Of a stretch of DNA of 64,000 bases, positions 25,922 to 39,122 are shown one piece after another. Source of the DNA: Lytechinus pictus. Taxonomy: Eukaryota. The notes beneath the pieces were generated by a model, which was given only the letters and a program-made list of their open reading frames with translations, was not told where the DNA came from and searched no databases. The translations under genes and the position numbers were made by a program. The stretch covers positions 7,256,001-7,320,000 of the forward strand of contig NC_087252.1 of assembly GCF_037042905.1 (NCBI RefSeq). Direction: 5' to 3'. The number at the start of each line of letters is the position of its first letter. The stretch's first letter is position 1.

Positions 25922-26916
25922 TTACTGAACCTTTTCACGTTAACTTCCTCTTTCGGAGAAACTCGCCGCCCACCTGACATAAGGGCTTTAGGTTGCAGGT
26001 GCGCGACAATTTTCAGTTACTGTGCATCTGTCATAAGGGCTTTAGATAAAGCATGAGCTACTCAAAATGTACAGTCTACATGATGGTTTAATGCCCTTTT
26101 ACCTGACCAATAGGAATTAGAAATGACGTACTTGTTAATCTTAACGCCCTTTTGCCAGCCAGGCAACAAACTTTAAATTTCCTTGATAGTATATATAGAC
26201 ATTCAGAGTTCTAAAATGTAGATAGTTTGAATAGTAGTTCTACAGTTCAAATATAGCATTGGTTATCATTCTTGTATCTATGGTAATACTTCACTTGACA
26301 ACTTGACACACTTATTTGAAGGAGTAACACCTATACTCTCTAAATAAGATCTATTAATTATGCTGTGCATGCCATCAAATTTCCTCTATTTAGATGACAG
26401 TAGGTCGAAAATGATTATTATTGTTATTTATTTGGCAAATAATACAAAAATACATTTCAGTATAACAATACATAACAAGAAATATCAACCAGTGGTAAGC
26501 CAGGGACAGAAAAACTGAATTACTGTAACATGAATTAGATCAATGCTTTTATCACATTTTGATGTAGGCCTACATGATGTTAATGTCATGCTACACATAT
26601 TATATTGAGGATGTTTATGACATTGATTGCAAACAGCGACTCCTCTTCTTCCTCTACTTCTTGTTTCATTTTACTCATATAAAAGTTGTGGTTTCCTGTT
26701 TAGTAAATGTGTGAGCCGCAGAATTTTGTTCAAATGTAGAGCCCATGAGTAGCACCTAAACAGTATCAATTTGTTTTCAGATATATGTCAAAATGTTGAA
26801 TCATGTAAAAAAATATGCAAATTTTGAATCGCCGCCCCCCCCCCCCTCAAAAATATGAAATGATAAATGAATTATTGAATAAAATTAATAGATAAATAAA
26901 AATGTAAATCAATAGA

Positions 26917-27871
26917 TTTTTGTCTCACCTGCATAGCAGAGTGAGACTATAGGCGCCGCTTTTCCGACGGCGGCGACGGCGGCGTCAACACCAAATCTTA
27001 ACCTGAGGTTAAGTTTTTGAAATGACAGCATAACTTAGAAAGTATATGGACCTAGTTCATGAAACTTGGCCATAAGGTTAATCAAGTATTACTGAACATC
27101 CTGCCTGAGTTTCATGTCACATGACCAAGGTCAAAGGTCATTTAGGGTCAATGAACTTAGACCATGTTGGGGGAATCAACATCAAAATCTTAACCTAAGG
27201 TTAAGTTTTTGAAATGTCATCATAACTTAGAAAATATATGGACCTAGTTCATGAAACTTATACATAAGGTTAATCAAGTATCACTGAACATCCTGCATGA
27301 GTTTCACGTCACATGACCAAGGTCAAAGGTCATTTAGGGTCAATGAACTTTGGCCGAATTGGGGGTATCTGTTGAATTACCATCATAACTTTGAAAGTTT
27401 ATGGATCTGATTCATGAAACTTGGACATAATAGTAATCAAGTATTACTGAACATCCTGTGCAAGTTTCAGGTCACATGATCAAGGTCAAGGGTCATTTAG
27501 GGTCAATGAACTTTGGCCAATTTGGGGTATTTGTTGAATTACAGCCATAAATTTGAAAGTGTGTTGGTCTAGTTCATAAAACTTAAACATAATAGTAATC
27601 AAGTATCACTGAACATCCTGTGCGAGTTTCAGGTCACATGATCAAGGTCAAAGGTCATGTAAGGTCAAAGAACTTTGGCCACGTTGGGGGTATTTGTTGA
27701 ATTGCCATCATATCTCTATAAGTGTATTGGTCTAGTTCATAAAACGTGGAAATAAGAGTAACCAAGTATCACTGAACATCTTGTGCGAGTTATAGTAGTT
27801 TTCAAAATCAGCACTGCTGCTATATTGAATCGCGTGATGCAGGTGAGACGGCCAGAGGCATTCCACTTGTT
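26917..27871 (+). mobile_element. HINE/DINE-1/Tsp-like non-autonomous Helentron with internal tandem array
   Basis: Starts in a T run. Sub-TIRs gtctcacctgcat (26922-34) / atgcaggtgagac (27837-49), short 5' inversion gtgagac (26941-47), GGC microsatellite, ~4.5 core repeats (starts 27029, 27221, 27384, 27546, 27709; 192 then ~163 bp), small 3' stem gccagaggc, ends at TT. Confidence 0.8.
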
Positions 27872-28323
27872 TAAGAAATTATACCAGATTGCAAAATGAA
27901 ATTTAAATCACAATCAATATAGATGAATAAAACTAAGAATAATTTTACAAATTGCAACAACAATTTTATAGAATAAATTGGAAATAATATATGATAGTAA
28001 TGGTAAATATATAGTTCAATAAATAAAATAAATGATTCGCATAATGATAAAAGATTGCTAATTATTTTCTCTCAAATATTCACAAAATACCCTTCTATTT
28101 TATCTGACTCTAATGGAAAGAAAATTGCATTTAGAAATCAAATGCACTTGCATGGAATTCTATATTGTATACTGCATTGCAAATTTAGAGAGATCTATGA
28201 ATGATTAGTTGATGCCTGAATCTAGAAAGACACTTTAGTGTAGTAATTATCTGCATTCTGTCTCTTTTGCATGAATATATTCCAATATGAAATTAATTCT
28301 GATCTTATCCTATGAGCTGACAA

Positions 28324-28483
28324 TTTCATAAAGCTACTCATAAGTGAGGCATGACTTTATGCTTGACTGGCAACACTTGTTTAGCTAAATTACAGCTGAC
28401 CAAGCACTTAAACATTGAGTCATGCATAAAGTTGAGGGTAAAGTCATGCCTAACTTTATGAAGAGCTTTGTGAAACCCTACCC
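28324..28483. mobile_element. Degenerate hairpin MITE
   Basis: ttcataaagctactcataagtgaggcatgacttta / taaagtcatgcctaactttatgaagagctttgtgaa. Confidence 0.6.
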
Positions 28484-28515
28484 TGGACTTTATCTTTGTC
28501 TTTCTATGTTTTGTT

Positions 28516-29113
28516 AACACCTAGTTCCCACTGTTGAAACTGTGGTCTTAATCGTAGATTACCAGATCAATCGTGGCAATCGTATTGATCATGGAAATAT
28601 TTTGGACGGTTCAAGATTTTTCGCGATCAGCTACGAAACGCCAATCGTGGCAATCTTATTCACCATCAAAATATTTTGGACGGTTCAAGATTTTTTGCGA
28701 TCAGCTACGAAAGGCCAATCGTATTGATCATAGAAATATTTGGATGGTTCAAGATTGTTCGCAATCATCTACGAAAGGCCAATCAAGGCAATCGTATTGA
28801 CCATCAAATATTTTGGACGGTTCAAAATTTTTTGCGATCAGCTACGAAAGGCCAATCGTTGGAATCGTATTGATCACAGAAATATTTTGGATGGTTCAAG
28901 ATTTTTTGCGATCAGCTACGAAAGGCCAATCGTGGCTATCGTATTGATCATGGAAATATTTTGGACGGTTCAAGATTTTTTGCAATCAGCTACAAAAGGC
29001 GAATCGTATTGATCATGGAAATATTTTGGACGGTTCAAGATTTTTTGCAATCAGCTACGAAAGGCCAATCGTGGCATTAATAACATATCTCACAACGGTG
29101 GAAACGGGGTGTT
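28516..29113. mobile_element. TIR element whose body is a 65-74-bp minisatellite (7 units)
   Basis: Imperfect TIRs aacacctagttcccactgttg / caacggtggaaacggggtgtt; units start at 28569, 28643, 28717, 28781, 28854, 28928, 29002 (partial 29067). Confidence 0.7.
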
Positions 29114-29152
29114 TTGAAATCCATTTTCTTCAAGTGAATGAATTCTATGTTA

Positions 29153-29306
29153 ATACATCAAGTCACATTTCCCTTATGGCGAGTCGAAAACAGCAGTTTG
29201 AACATTTTTTTACCAAATACATATAGGTGGTTTGAATAAAAATGAATAAATTAGCTGTTTTCGACTTGCTGTACGGCCGTCGTAGGGGAAATGTGACCGA
29301 GGTATA
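29153..29306. mobile_element. Hairpin MITE family 'ggtcacatttgctctacgg', copy 3
   Basis: gtcacatttcccttatggcgagtcgaaaacagc / gctgttttcgacttgctgtacggccgtcgtaggggaaatgtgacc. Confidence 0.7.
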
Positions 29307-30150
29307 ACCGCTCAAAATTATTCATACCCTTTGCACTTGTTCAAAACGTTTTCTAAGCATTCATGAAAAATCTTTACTCTATTAAAATAATGTTAGTTCG
29401 AGAGTGCATATTACCTTCTAAAGTAATTCATCATTCCTGCCTACAATTTTTGGAGGTACCAATGGCACACAATTTATAGATGCGAGGAGTATGAATAGTT
29501 GTTTTTAATTGTAATGTATGAATGTTTTTGTTTCAATGTATATGCATTTTGCTGTTCTCTTCTCTTTGTAACATTTTGTGCACTTTCATTCTCTAAAAAG
29601 TATGTGTTTTCTCTATGCATCTTGAGTTTTAAAAGGGGAATTCCATCCTGATGATAAGGTCTATTAAAGTGAAATAATGAGATTGAAATTCAAATCCAAC
29701 AGAATATACTGAAATAACTATTTTGTTGTTATTTTTTTACATTGATAATCTTTCCCTGAAATAGGCCCTAGCTTGCCTTAGTGCATCATAGAATTTGCAA
29801 TTTTTGTTTTATAACAGATTGAACAATCTTAACTTGCTACAATCTTTCTTTTTTATTGTAATATAACCTTTTCTCAAAATTGATTTCCCCTTTTATGTTT
29901 ATAGTCAAACATTGATCCTTTTCCTATTCTTTTATGTGCTGTGTAAACTGTCAAAACTTAAAGCTCAATTCTAGGTTTAGGAACAAAAATGATATAGATC
30001 TGAAACTTGAAATATAACTGGAAACTTTTTTCCTTAGAAAGAAAGATACATGATGTGAAATCAACCTGCATTCCACCCATCATTTTCTGAGAATTTCAGT
30101 TTATTGCCGAAATAAGCTCTATTTGTGATGGTCAGTTTTGACCAATGCTT

Positions 30151-30389
30151 CACAGCAAAAACTGTGGTGTTAACCGGTGTACATAGAGCACCACACCAGT
30201 TATTTTACTGCGGTGTTAAATTGGTGGTGTTAGTTTTCCACCTATAGGTGTTATTACAACACCTATGGTTGTTACATTTACACTCTTTGGTGTTATGTTC
30301 AATCTCTAGGGTGTTATTTTAACACCTCAGGGTGTGGTCCTCTATTAACACCAATTGGTGTCAGTTTTAACACCACAGTTTTTACAGTG
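30151..30389. mobile_element. CAC-terminal MITE (CACTA/EnSpm-like, 2-bp TSD)
   Basis: cacagcaaaaactgtggtgttaa / ttaacaccacagtttttacagtg; TT on both flanks; internal ggtgtta/taacacc subrepeats; related to 1275-1516. Confidence 0.75.
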
Positions 30390-30735
30390 TTGACTTTCCA
30401 CTGCATCCGATTCCGAAGCATTTCTTGCACTTTATGGTCAAAGGGAACTCTTACGGTCTGACACTGAAAGGGCTACGTAACACAAAGTTTAGCAATTGAA
30501 CATAGGAATATGTATTTTTATGATTGATTGCATTATTACCACAGTGTACAATCATTAATGAGAATCATTAATAAAATCTGTCACTATGTTTTGTTTGGCT
30601 AAAAAGTATTTTGGCCAAATCTGGGATTGAGCTTTAATTAATGTATACATGCATTGTCATGACTGTGTTTTCAGTATTTATGTATTTATTTTCTGTTACT
30701 TCTGCTTGGTCTTTAAAAAAATGCATTCTGTGCAG

Positions 30736-30780
30736 TTTCAGCATTCAAGCTCTTTTCTCGTCTTGTAAATGTTCGCTTCC
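30736..30780 (+). CDS. Receptor gene: possible symmetric cassette exon (45 nt, phase 2-2)
   Basis: ttctgtgcag|TTTCAGC...GCTTCC|gtaagt; encodes (G)FSIQALFSSCKCSL(P) in frame between 24899 and 39056; in-frame alternative acceptor at 30742. Confidence 0.45.
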
Positions 30781-32522
30781 GTAAGTGCTCTTTTCTCTCC
30801 TGAAATTTCTTTGCATGTGCCATCCTTACATAGAAAATTAATCTTTCTTGATTTTATCAAGTAATATGTTCATCAGAAATATGTGGATATGAAGCATATA
30901 TATCTGTCTTTATTTTAATTTTATGTGTTAACCTTTAACTTTTTAATGCATTTTTCACGACTTATGCATATTTCAATATATTATGCATGCAGTTTATTGA
31001 TCTTTTGTCATACATTTATGTCAGAAACTAACCTTTATGAATAGCTTTTTTATCTAAAAATACAATTATGTTCTAATCCTTATCTTATGAAAAAAAATAT
31101 ATTTAATCTACTAATGTATTATATATAATTTGTATAGTTATAACCTTATAGAATATAATATACATGTAGATAACAATATTGGAACTGGTTGGAGGGAAGA
31201 TTATGATATTTAAATCTTTCCTTTATCATTCACAGCAACAGAGTGACTTGAATTGAATGCAAATTTGATGGAACTTTATATGAATATTGAATTAAAGTTT
31301 TACGATGCAGGAGGTACAAATATGTCTCATCCTCTGTTCTATTTCTGCAATGCATCTATTAAATTATTAACACATTGGCTACTGGAACTGGATGATCCCT
31401 GTACTTATTCTACAGGAATCACACAATACTGAAGTCAGAGGGTTAATTTTTTTAATCTTCAGTGCCACTCTCTGTCCAAAAGATATTTTCTCATCTGTTC
31501 ACATCCACATCTTTCCTCATCTCTCTTCCCTCTTTCTATCTCTCTCTTCCTCTTCCTATTTCTGTATATCCATATCTTCAGATTTCTGTCTCTGTTAATT
31601 ACATTGATTATCGTGTATGATCAATCGTAAAATCAGCTTCAAGATCAACTGCTAAGCTTGTTACCAGGCCTTGCAATTCCCCTTCCCCTGGCCATTCCCC
31701 TCTTCCTGTCCCACCCCCCCCCCCTCCCTGTATACTCTTCACACTTTCTCCTTCCCCTGGGTGGTGGGTGGCAATCAACTGTACTGTTTTTCACTGGTGA
31801 TATCAGAAAACATGGGGGGGGGGTAATTCATTATATCGTGTTGAACATGTGTGACCAGAAAAGTGTTTAAAAAATTTATGTTATTTATTAATGATTTTTT
31901 TTTTATTTAAGCCAGAATACATGTATGTGTGTGGTGCGTTTAGAGAAATCAAAGACCAATAATGAGGAAAATGGGGGGGGGGGTTAAGAAAGAAGAGAGG
32001 GGGATGAGGAAAAGGGTATGTATCTGGAATATATCATTTGCATTGAAGTATATCTCCTTACCCCACATCCCCCGATTTCGTTTGAATTCTTGTGCAATTT
32101 AAAAGGGGCATGTTTAATAGGGTTTATGCTTTCGCAGGGGATGAAATGTACACAGAAAATAGATGGAAATACAAATATGTGAATACTATTCACTGAATAA
32201 GGTATTACATGTATTTCCAAAAACCTCCCTGTGTGTTGGGAGGGGGGGGGTTGATGTACAGCAATATGTAATATAGCCAAGTGCCCCCATTTCTCCTACC
32301 TACATGTATCTTCCATTCATATCTGACTGCATTTTGTTTTATCTTCGTCTTGTCATACTGTCACTGATATTGAAATAACTGTTCCATCAAACATTGTAAT
32401 GCATTCTTTCTTGAAAATGTGTGTGAATGTTAGATAGCCCCCCCCCCCCCCCAGAATTCCCTGCCTATTAGCCTTCATCCCTCCCTACTTCTATCTTCTA
32501 CTTTCATGTGCTTCATAACTGT

Positions 32523-32813
32523 GGGCCCTGTTGCAGAAAGACTTGCAATTGATTGCAGGTAGAATAAAATTAAACACAAATCCCTATTGCGAGCTAACGA
32601 TAGGTTGAATATCAACTTCCGTTTGATTTCTGGAGTTGGTTTAGCCTCTTGTCGAGGCCCTTGTGGCTGATATTATGCCCTAACTCACAAAGCAAGTTGG
32701 GCCTGGCATCCATTGCTTCGCTTGGGATCAGAATCGAGAAACCAAGAGCAGCTGCCACGGCCTTGACAAGAGTCTAGAGTCGCCTTTGTTGCAAGTCTTT
32801 CTGCGACAGGACA
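32523..32813. mobile_element. Harbinger-type MITE containing a nested TIR element (32642-32776)
   Basis: Outer TIRs gggccctgttgcagaaagacttgcaa / ttgcaagtctttctgcgacaggac; inner tagcctcttgtcgaggcc..gtggc / gccacggccttgacaagagtcta. Confidence 0.7.
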
Positions 32814-33471
32814 CAGATCAGTCAATTAATAAAAATATGACACATTGCACTCTGACAAAAATACCAGAGTCACATTTTATTGAAATATTTAAATCCTCCT
32901 CTTTTTCAAATATTTCACATTATAATTTTTTTCATTACCAAAATCTCTCTATTTTCCTATTTTTTCTTTATTTACTGAATAATTTCCCTCCATCTCTATC
33001 TGAAGTTCTCGGGTTTCTTCTTGCCCTAATCCTGACAGGTAAATCAATGCATGCATGGTCATGTGACTTCCATTTAATTCATGTAGCATGAACATCTATT
33101 GGCCTATGACTCAACAGGTCATCATCCCTCAGTATGAATGTAACATAGGAATGTTAGAGTAGTGTATCATTGTACATTTTGTCTTGTTGATATGTAGTAT
33201 AATGTTTATCAAAAATATAAAAGGTTTCTCTTTTTCTCCCTCTCCCTCTCTCTTGTTCCTTTTCTTCCAATGTTTCTCCCTGTACATGTATGTACCCTTA
33301 TCTTCCATTTCTCCCTCAGCTATCCTCTCACCCACAATTGCTCTTGCCCCCCCCCCTCCCCATTGTTCCTTCTCTCACCAGCCCCCCCCCCCCCCCCCCC
33401 CCTTTTCCATCCAAAATATTCACCCTATTAACCTGTGGTTTCTCCAATGCATAACCTATTTTTTCTGAATG

Positions 33472-33619
33472 GGGACCATTTCATGAAAGTTGTCAACACT
33501 GACAAGTTGACTTTCTCCGATAGTTACCATAGTAACAGTCAGAAGCCAGTGTTCTCTGCCAATCAAAACCAAGGATTTCACTGAAATTGTCAGTGATGGC
33601 AACTTTCATGAAACACGCC
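33472..33619. mobile_element. Harbinger-type MITE
   Basis: tttcatgaaagttgtcaacactgac / gtcagtgatggcaactttcatgaaa; internal gttaccatagtaac and ccaatc. Confidence 0.65.
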
Positions 33620-36600
33620 AATAGTCTTTCAGAAACCTTTCAACCTGATCCCATCTATTTTCTTCCTCTCATTCTCCTGCCCCAAGAAAACAAACAGCAA
33701 CAAGTCATAAAAACTAAATGATAATTGAACTACATCATTGTATTTAATGTCAAGATGAGATTTTGATTCAATTACAATATTTTCAAGTCAAAGTATCCGT
33801 TTGTGGCCAATGGATTATATTGTTCATAAATTGTTAAATCATTTTACCTGAAAATTATTGAAATTGAATCAAAAGCTCTAAACTTGAGATGCACTCAGTT
33901 CATGTACATGTATATTTCCACATTTAAAGTTACATCAGATATACTTGTATGGAAACATAAAGAGATTAAGGATCAACAACATTAAATAAAAAAATATATA
34001 TATTAGAGCACCTATAATTGACTGAATATTCTGGGAGAGGCTGTCTTAGTTTTGACTTTTCATGTACATGTATAAACTGATGGTTCTACTTATTTGTAAG
34101 TACTTGATTACAATTATTAAAAACTAAAAACTTTATATTGTTTCATAACAGTTCATTTTGTTAAGTTGTATGTGTTAGGTTTCTAAACACTGAATTAAAA
34201 GATATGCCCAAGAACCAAAACTGAACATATTTACATTATAACCATAGATGAAAATAAAATAATGCATAATTTATTGAAGCTTCTTGCACGTGGTTTGGTG
34301 TAAATTTTCAGTAGCACTTAATAATGCAAACGATTCTATCTTTTATAGTGCAGGGCCAGATGTACATGTGATATACAGAATCAATGTACTGTATATATTA
34401 TCTTGCCTCTCCTCTCACGTTTTCACCATCAATGCTGAATGCAATTCACCACACATCAAGCATATATACATTTCATATTGTGTGACATTTAATACATAGA
34501 CCACACCCATACCAACAGCTTGTGTTTACAATGATTACTCCACGAGAGTGATGGTGCGTCATGGCAACAAGGCATCCAATATATTGAACCCAAAGACGAG
34601 GGGGAGGAAGGGGGGGAATCCACCCCTCAATGCTGAGTTGTATACCTGTAATAGAAAACAAGTGTCAGGGCTTTCTTTATTATTTTAACAAATCTTTTCG
34701 TCCTGTTGCGGGGGGGGGGGGGGGGCAATAAAATCACCCTGCAGTGTTGAGATACAGTATATGCATGTATCCCAACAATGAATAAAATATATATTTCCTA
34801 GTCATTCACAATCATTCAAGGAGCTTTATAGTATAATCTATCTTTTTGTTATATATTTAGATTGTAGGCAGTTCTTGCTGCAGTGAATTCACAATATGAT
34901 AAAGGAATTCATTATTATTCAAACAAACGGGGGGGGGGAGGGGGGCAGAATCAACCCATCTATGTTTCTATTATTTTGTTATTTCACACCTATTTTTTTT
35001 TATTATGGAAAGCATTTTGTAGGATAGGGGTTGATTCTGTCCCCCATCCTTTGAATGATATATTTAATATAGTGAATTTCTATAGAAATCTGAATTTGGA
35101 ATAAAATGACAATTACACTGTTTCTAAGTCATCATAATAACATCTGCAATATTATTATGATGAATTCCGTTGTCAAATATCTTGTGATTTAAATCATTCA
35201 TTTCCAGATATCCACGCCACCTGAGCCCTTGAAGTGCTATTTTTAGAACTGATGATAGTTCCACCACTCTCGCTAGATATCAGGGATGGCATGTAATAAG
35301 AATCATTCAAATTAAAATTTCACATTATAAACATCTTGAAATACTAGTAAAGGATCGGTGCATGTATTTCAGAAGTAATGAAATAGAAATAAACTTCATC
35401 TTGTTAAAAATTAGCCCACACATATCTTTTATACTGCATCAGTCTGCCTTGTGCCCATCATACTCTCTACTGGAGTGAAATTTACTTTAAGTACTTGAGT
35501 CACAAAATCGCCACACCCTGGTAATAAATCTACAATGCATCAATGGATATATAAAACGATTCTGTATAATGTTGTAACACAGCATCAGCACTTATTAATT
35601 ATACAGTAGTCTACGCATCACTAAACCTGTCAAGACTTTAATGAAAATGGCATTCATTAAAGCACTACATGTACATTTCATTAATATGTCCTATGTTTAT
35701 AAAAATGAGGAGTCTCTTTGTGATTCATTTAGACCTGCATAATTTTACAATACACAACATCACATATGCACCAGCAACACTTGTACATTCACAATCATTC
35801 AAGGAGCTTTATAGAGAGTATAATTCATCTTTTTTATATATATTTAGAAAGTAGGCAGTCACTCTTTTGCTGTCAGTTGACATAATTTTTTTTTCCACTA
35901 TACAGTTCGAAGGAAGACATATATTTGTGATCAATGCTTTCATAACTTGACTTTACTTATTTTTCCATCATTAATTATTAGTGTTTTCCCCCAAAATGAA
36001 GATTTTATTTCGAAGTCACTTGGTTGTATATTTTCACTTTTCTACCACCAATAATTAAGGAATTCACAATAAATTAAAGTCCAGTATAAATACTTGTACA
36101 ACTCAACACATCTCTTATATCTATTTTGGCAATGAAGTCATACAATAGTACATACACACCACATTCTTTTTTTTACCATCAAGGATTATATAATAATAAA
36201 TAAGCAATTTGCTTTGAATCAATTTTATGGTTTATGTGTAAGTTAGATGTACATGTATGATGTAGGCCAACCTGTACATCCATTTCCTGCACAAATCCAC
36301 ACATTATTCATCAATAATTAAGGAATTCACAATGAATCAAGAAATTGAATAGGTTATCACATTCACCGCACCCCCCTCGGGGCTCTGTACCATGACCGCA
36401 TCAATAAGGTGATGCAGCGCCATGGTAACGGGGAATGGGAGATAGTAGGGATGACATCTAATGCTAATGTCGACATCAAGGATGCGTTTGAGGCCAGCTG
36501 CGTTACACCGAGAGGCTCCTTTAGGCCTCTTGATGCGGAATAGTGATGAGGGGTGTTGATGAACATGGCTTCCATTTTGAATGTCTTATTACTCACAGTG

Positions 36601-37020
36601 ACGATAAATATCCTCTGTTTATTCAATCAAGGAATCATTTTGAATTAACATTAAATGTACAATAATCATTTTCAGTGACTTACATCCCATGTGAATGTTC
36701 AGACAAGTTGTGTTACATTGAAAAGCTCTTTACACCTTTTGAAGGGGAATAATGACAAGGGGTGTTGATGAACATGGCATCCATTTTGAATTTTGCCTTA
36801 CTCATAGTCACAATAAATTTCCTCCATTTATTCTTTATGCATGCATCTAATCATGCCACTGAATCTAATAAGCACTGAATAAATACACATAAACCCACAG
36901 AAATACAATTTATCTTGCAGGTTAGAGAGTTAAAACAATTTTTAAAGCAATATTGTGTATATATACATGTAGTGAGCCTTTAAACTGACTCATTATTGAA
37001 TATATCCCTGCTGAGCTTAA

Positions 37021-37606
37021 AGGTCAAGTCCACCCCAGAAAAATGTTGATTTGAATAAATAGAGAAAAATCAAACTAGCACAACACTGAAAATGTCATCA
37101 AAATCGGATGTAAAATAAGAAAGTTATGACATTTTAAAGTTTCGCTTATTTTTCACAAAACAGTGATATACACAACTGAGTGACATGCAAATGAGATAGT
37201 CGATGATGTCCCTCACTCACTATTTCTTCTGTTTTTTATTGTTTGAATTATACAATATTTCATTTTTTACAAATTTGACAATAAGGACCAACTTGACTGA
37301 ACCATATAGTATTAAACAATGCTAATTCCACATGTTCAGGGAGGAATTAATTGTTGTTTCACTTTGCAATGAGGAGAAAATTAGAATATTTCATATTTAA
37401 AATAATAAAATACAAAAGAAATAGTGAGTGGATGACGTCATCAGTCTCCTCATTTGCATACAGACTGTTTTGTGAAATTAAGCGAAACTTTAAAATGTCA
37501 TAACTATCTTATTTTACAACCAATTTTGATGAAATTTTCAGAGTTATGTTTGTTGGATTTTTATCTTTTTATTCGAATCAACTTTTTGTTGGAGTGGACT
37601 TGTCCT
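37021..37606 (+). mobile_element. Kolobok-like ~590-bp non-autonomous element, copy 1
   Basis: ttaa|aggtcaagtccacccc...gagtggacttgtcct|taaa; long (~140 bp) TIRs; homologous to 43619-44211 and 47833-48435. Confidence 0.85.
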
Positions 37607-38019
37607 TAAAGGACAGCTTGATTACACTGAAATAAAACTGATTCTAATGCATAAGAAATGCCAGTATTTTTTAGCATACAGAGAGTATGCTTGTAAAAAG
37701 ATGTGCTGGTGCATCACTAATGCTTCATAATTCATCTCAGATTTTCATCTCTATTCCACTTCGCACTCTAGTTCCCACGGCAACCAGAATTGGAGTGCAT
37801 TTGACGATCCTCCACCCTATTTCAGCACACAAGGAATCTTACACACCATGTTGTGTGATAATCAAACATGTGCATGTGTACTGAAAAATTAATGTTATTC
37901 TGCAAGGCCAACGTACATCATACATGTAGGATTAGTTAATTTACAATGTACACTATACAATGTACATTGCTACATGCAGTACAACTAGTAATACTTTTGA
38001 TAATAAACATCAGTAAAAT

Positions 38020-38210
38020 TATAATGATAATGGCTATTACTGATAAGGAAAATGATGATGATGATGATGTTGATCACGATCATGATGATGATAGTGAGAT
38101 GATGATGATAATGATGATGGTGATAATTATCATTTTGCTGATGATGATAATGAAGAAAAAGACAATTTGATGATGGTAATGACATTGATGATTGATATTT
38201 TATGATGAAG
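38020..38210. repeat. Degenerate (GAT)n microsatellite
   Basis: gatgatgatgatgatgttgatcacgatcatgatgatgatagtgagatgatgatg... Confidence 0.9.
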
Positions 38211-38831
38211 GTTTAAATGAAAATGATAACATTACTAACACTGACATTATTAATCAATTGCATGCACTACTACATAATATTGTTAATAAAAATATACGAT
38301 TGTTGAATTAATCCTCCTCACATGTGCTATATAACAAAACACTTTAACAGTAAAAAAAAACTTCTAGTCTTCACTCAAAGTTCGACAGTTCAATGATTTA
38401 GTATTTCTGTTTACTTTACTTTACTTCTTTCCTTTTTTTGTGTTCTTTTCTTGTTTTTGCTTTAAGATTTCTTTGAATGTTGATAATGAAAAAAATGCTG
38501 ATAGCAGGGTGTGAGATTTATTCTTTTTAGCTGATTTCAGCTATTTTTGCTTTTGATTTTCAACTTAATATCAGCTTAGTTTTTGCATTCCTCACCTAAA
38601 TATTGGCTTATTGTAGCTTTCCTCTGTACAAAAATATTTGAGCTTTCATTTTTTCACCTATTTTTATATGTGATCACCCACACCCCCATGATGAAGAATT
38701 TTTATTGATTTGAGTATTTTCTTTCATTTCCAAGTATTTTAAATATTTTTTATTTTACTTATCACCTTCAGTTGTCAGGGTTGTTTGATCTATTTTAATG
38801 ATGAAACAAGACTGAGGAATACTATACAGTG

Positions 38832-38959
38832 ACCCTGTAGCATAAAGCTTAGTAATTGATCATAAGACTGATTTCTGTGATTGATTGCATTTGTTATTGC
38901 GCATGATCAATCATTAATATCAGCCAGTGATCAATTGCTAAGCTTTATGAAACTGGGCA
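38832..38959. mobile_element. Harbinger-type MITE ~100 bp upstream of exon 39056
   Basis: cataaagcttagtaattgatca / tgatcaattgctaagctttatg; family shared with 40830-41128 and 52912-53040. Confidence 0.65.
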
Positions 38960-39055
38960 CTGGTAAAGTATTTCCTTTGACATCGATTCACATATTTTTG
39001 CTTCGTTTGTATCTAAATATTTTTTTTTTCTTTTTCATTATCTTTCACCTTGTAG

Positions 39056-39122
39056 GCCACCAAAGACCACAAGTCATAAACACAGCACCAGTGCAGTAGG
39101 GTCTAGCAATGGCAACGAGAAG
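39056..39122 (+). CDS. Receptor gene: cytoplasmic exon (67 nt, phase 2-0)
   Basis: Strong pyrimidine tract ...tcaccttgtag|GCCACC and GAGAAG|gtaaat; encodes PPKTTSHKHSTSAVGSSNGNEK. Confidence 0.85.

Noticed and set aside
28569..29075. CRISPR-like regular repeats and overlapping ORFs
   Set aside because: Units abut with no unique spacers, there are no cas genes and the context is eukaryotic; the ORFs are by-products of the minisatellite.
35209..35233. Possible short alternative last exon (tttccag|A TAT CCA CGC CAC CTG AGC CCT TGA)
   Set aside because: Phase-compatible but too short to distinguish from chance without transcript data.
37946..38185. Asp/Met- and His/Ile-rich ORFs
   Set aside because: Translations of a (GAT)n microsatellite.
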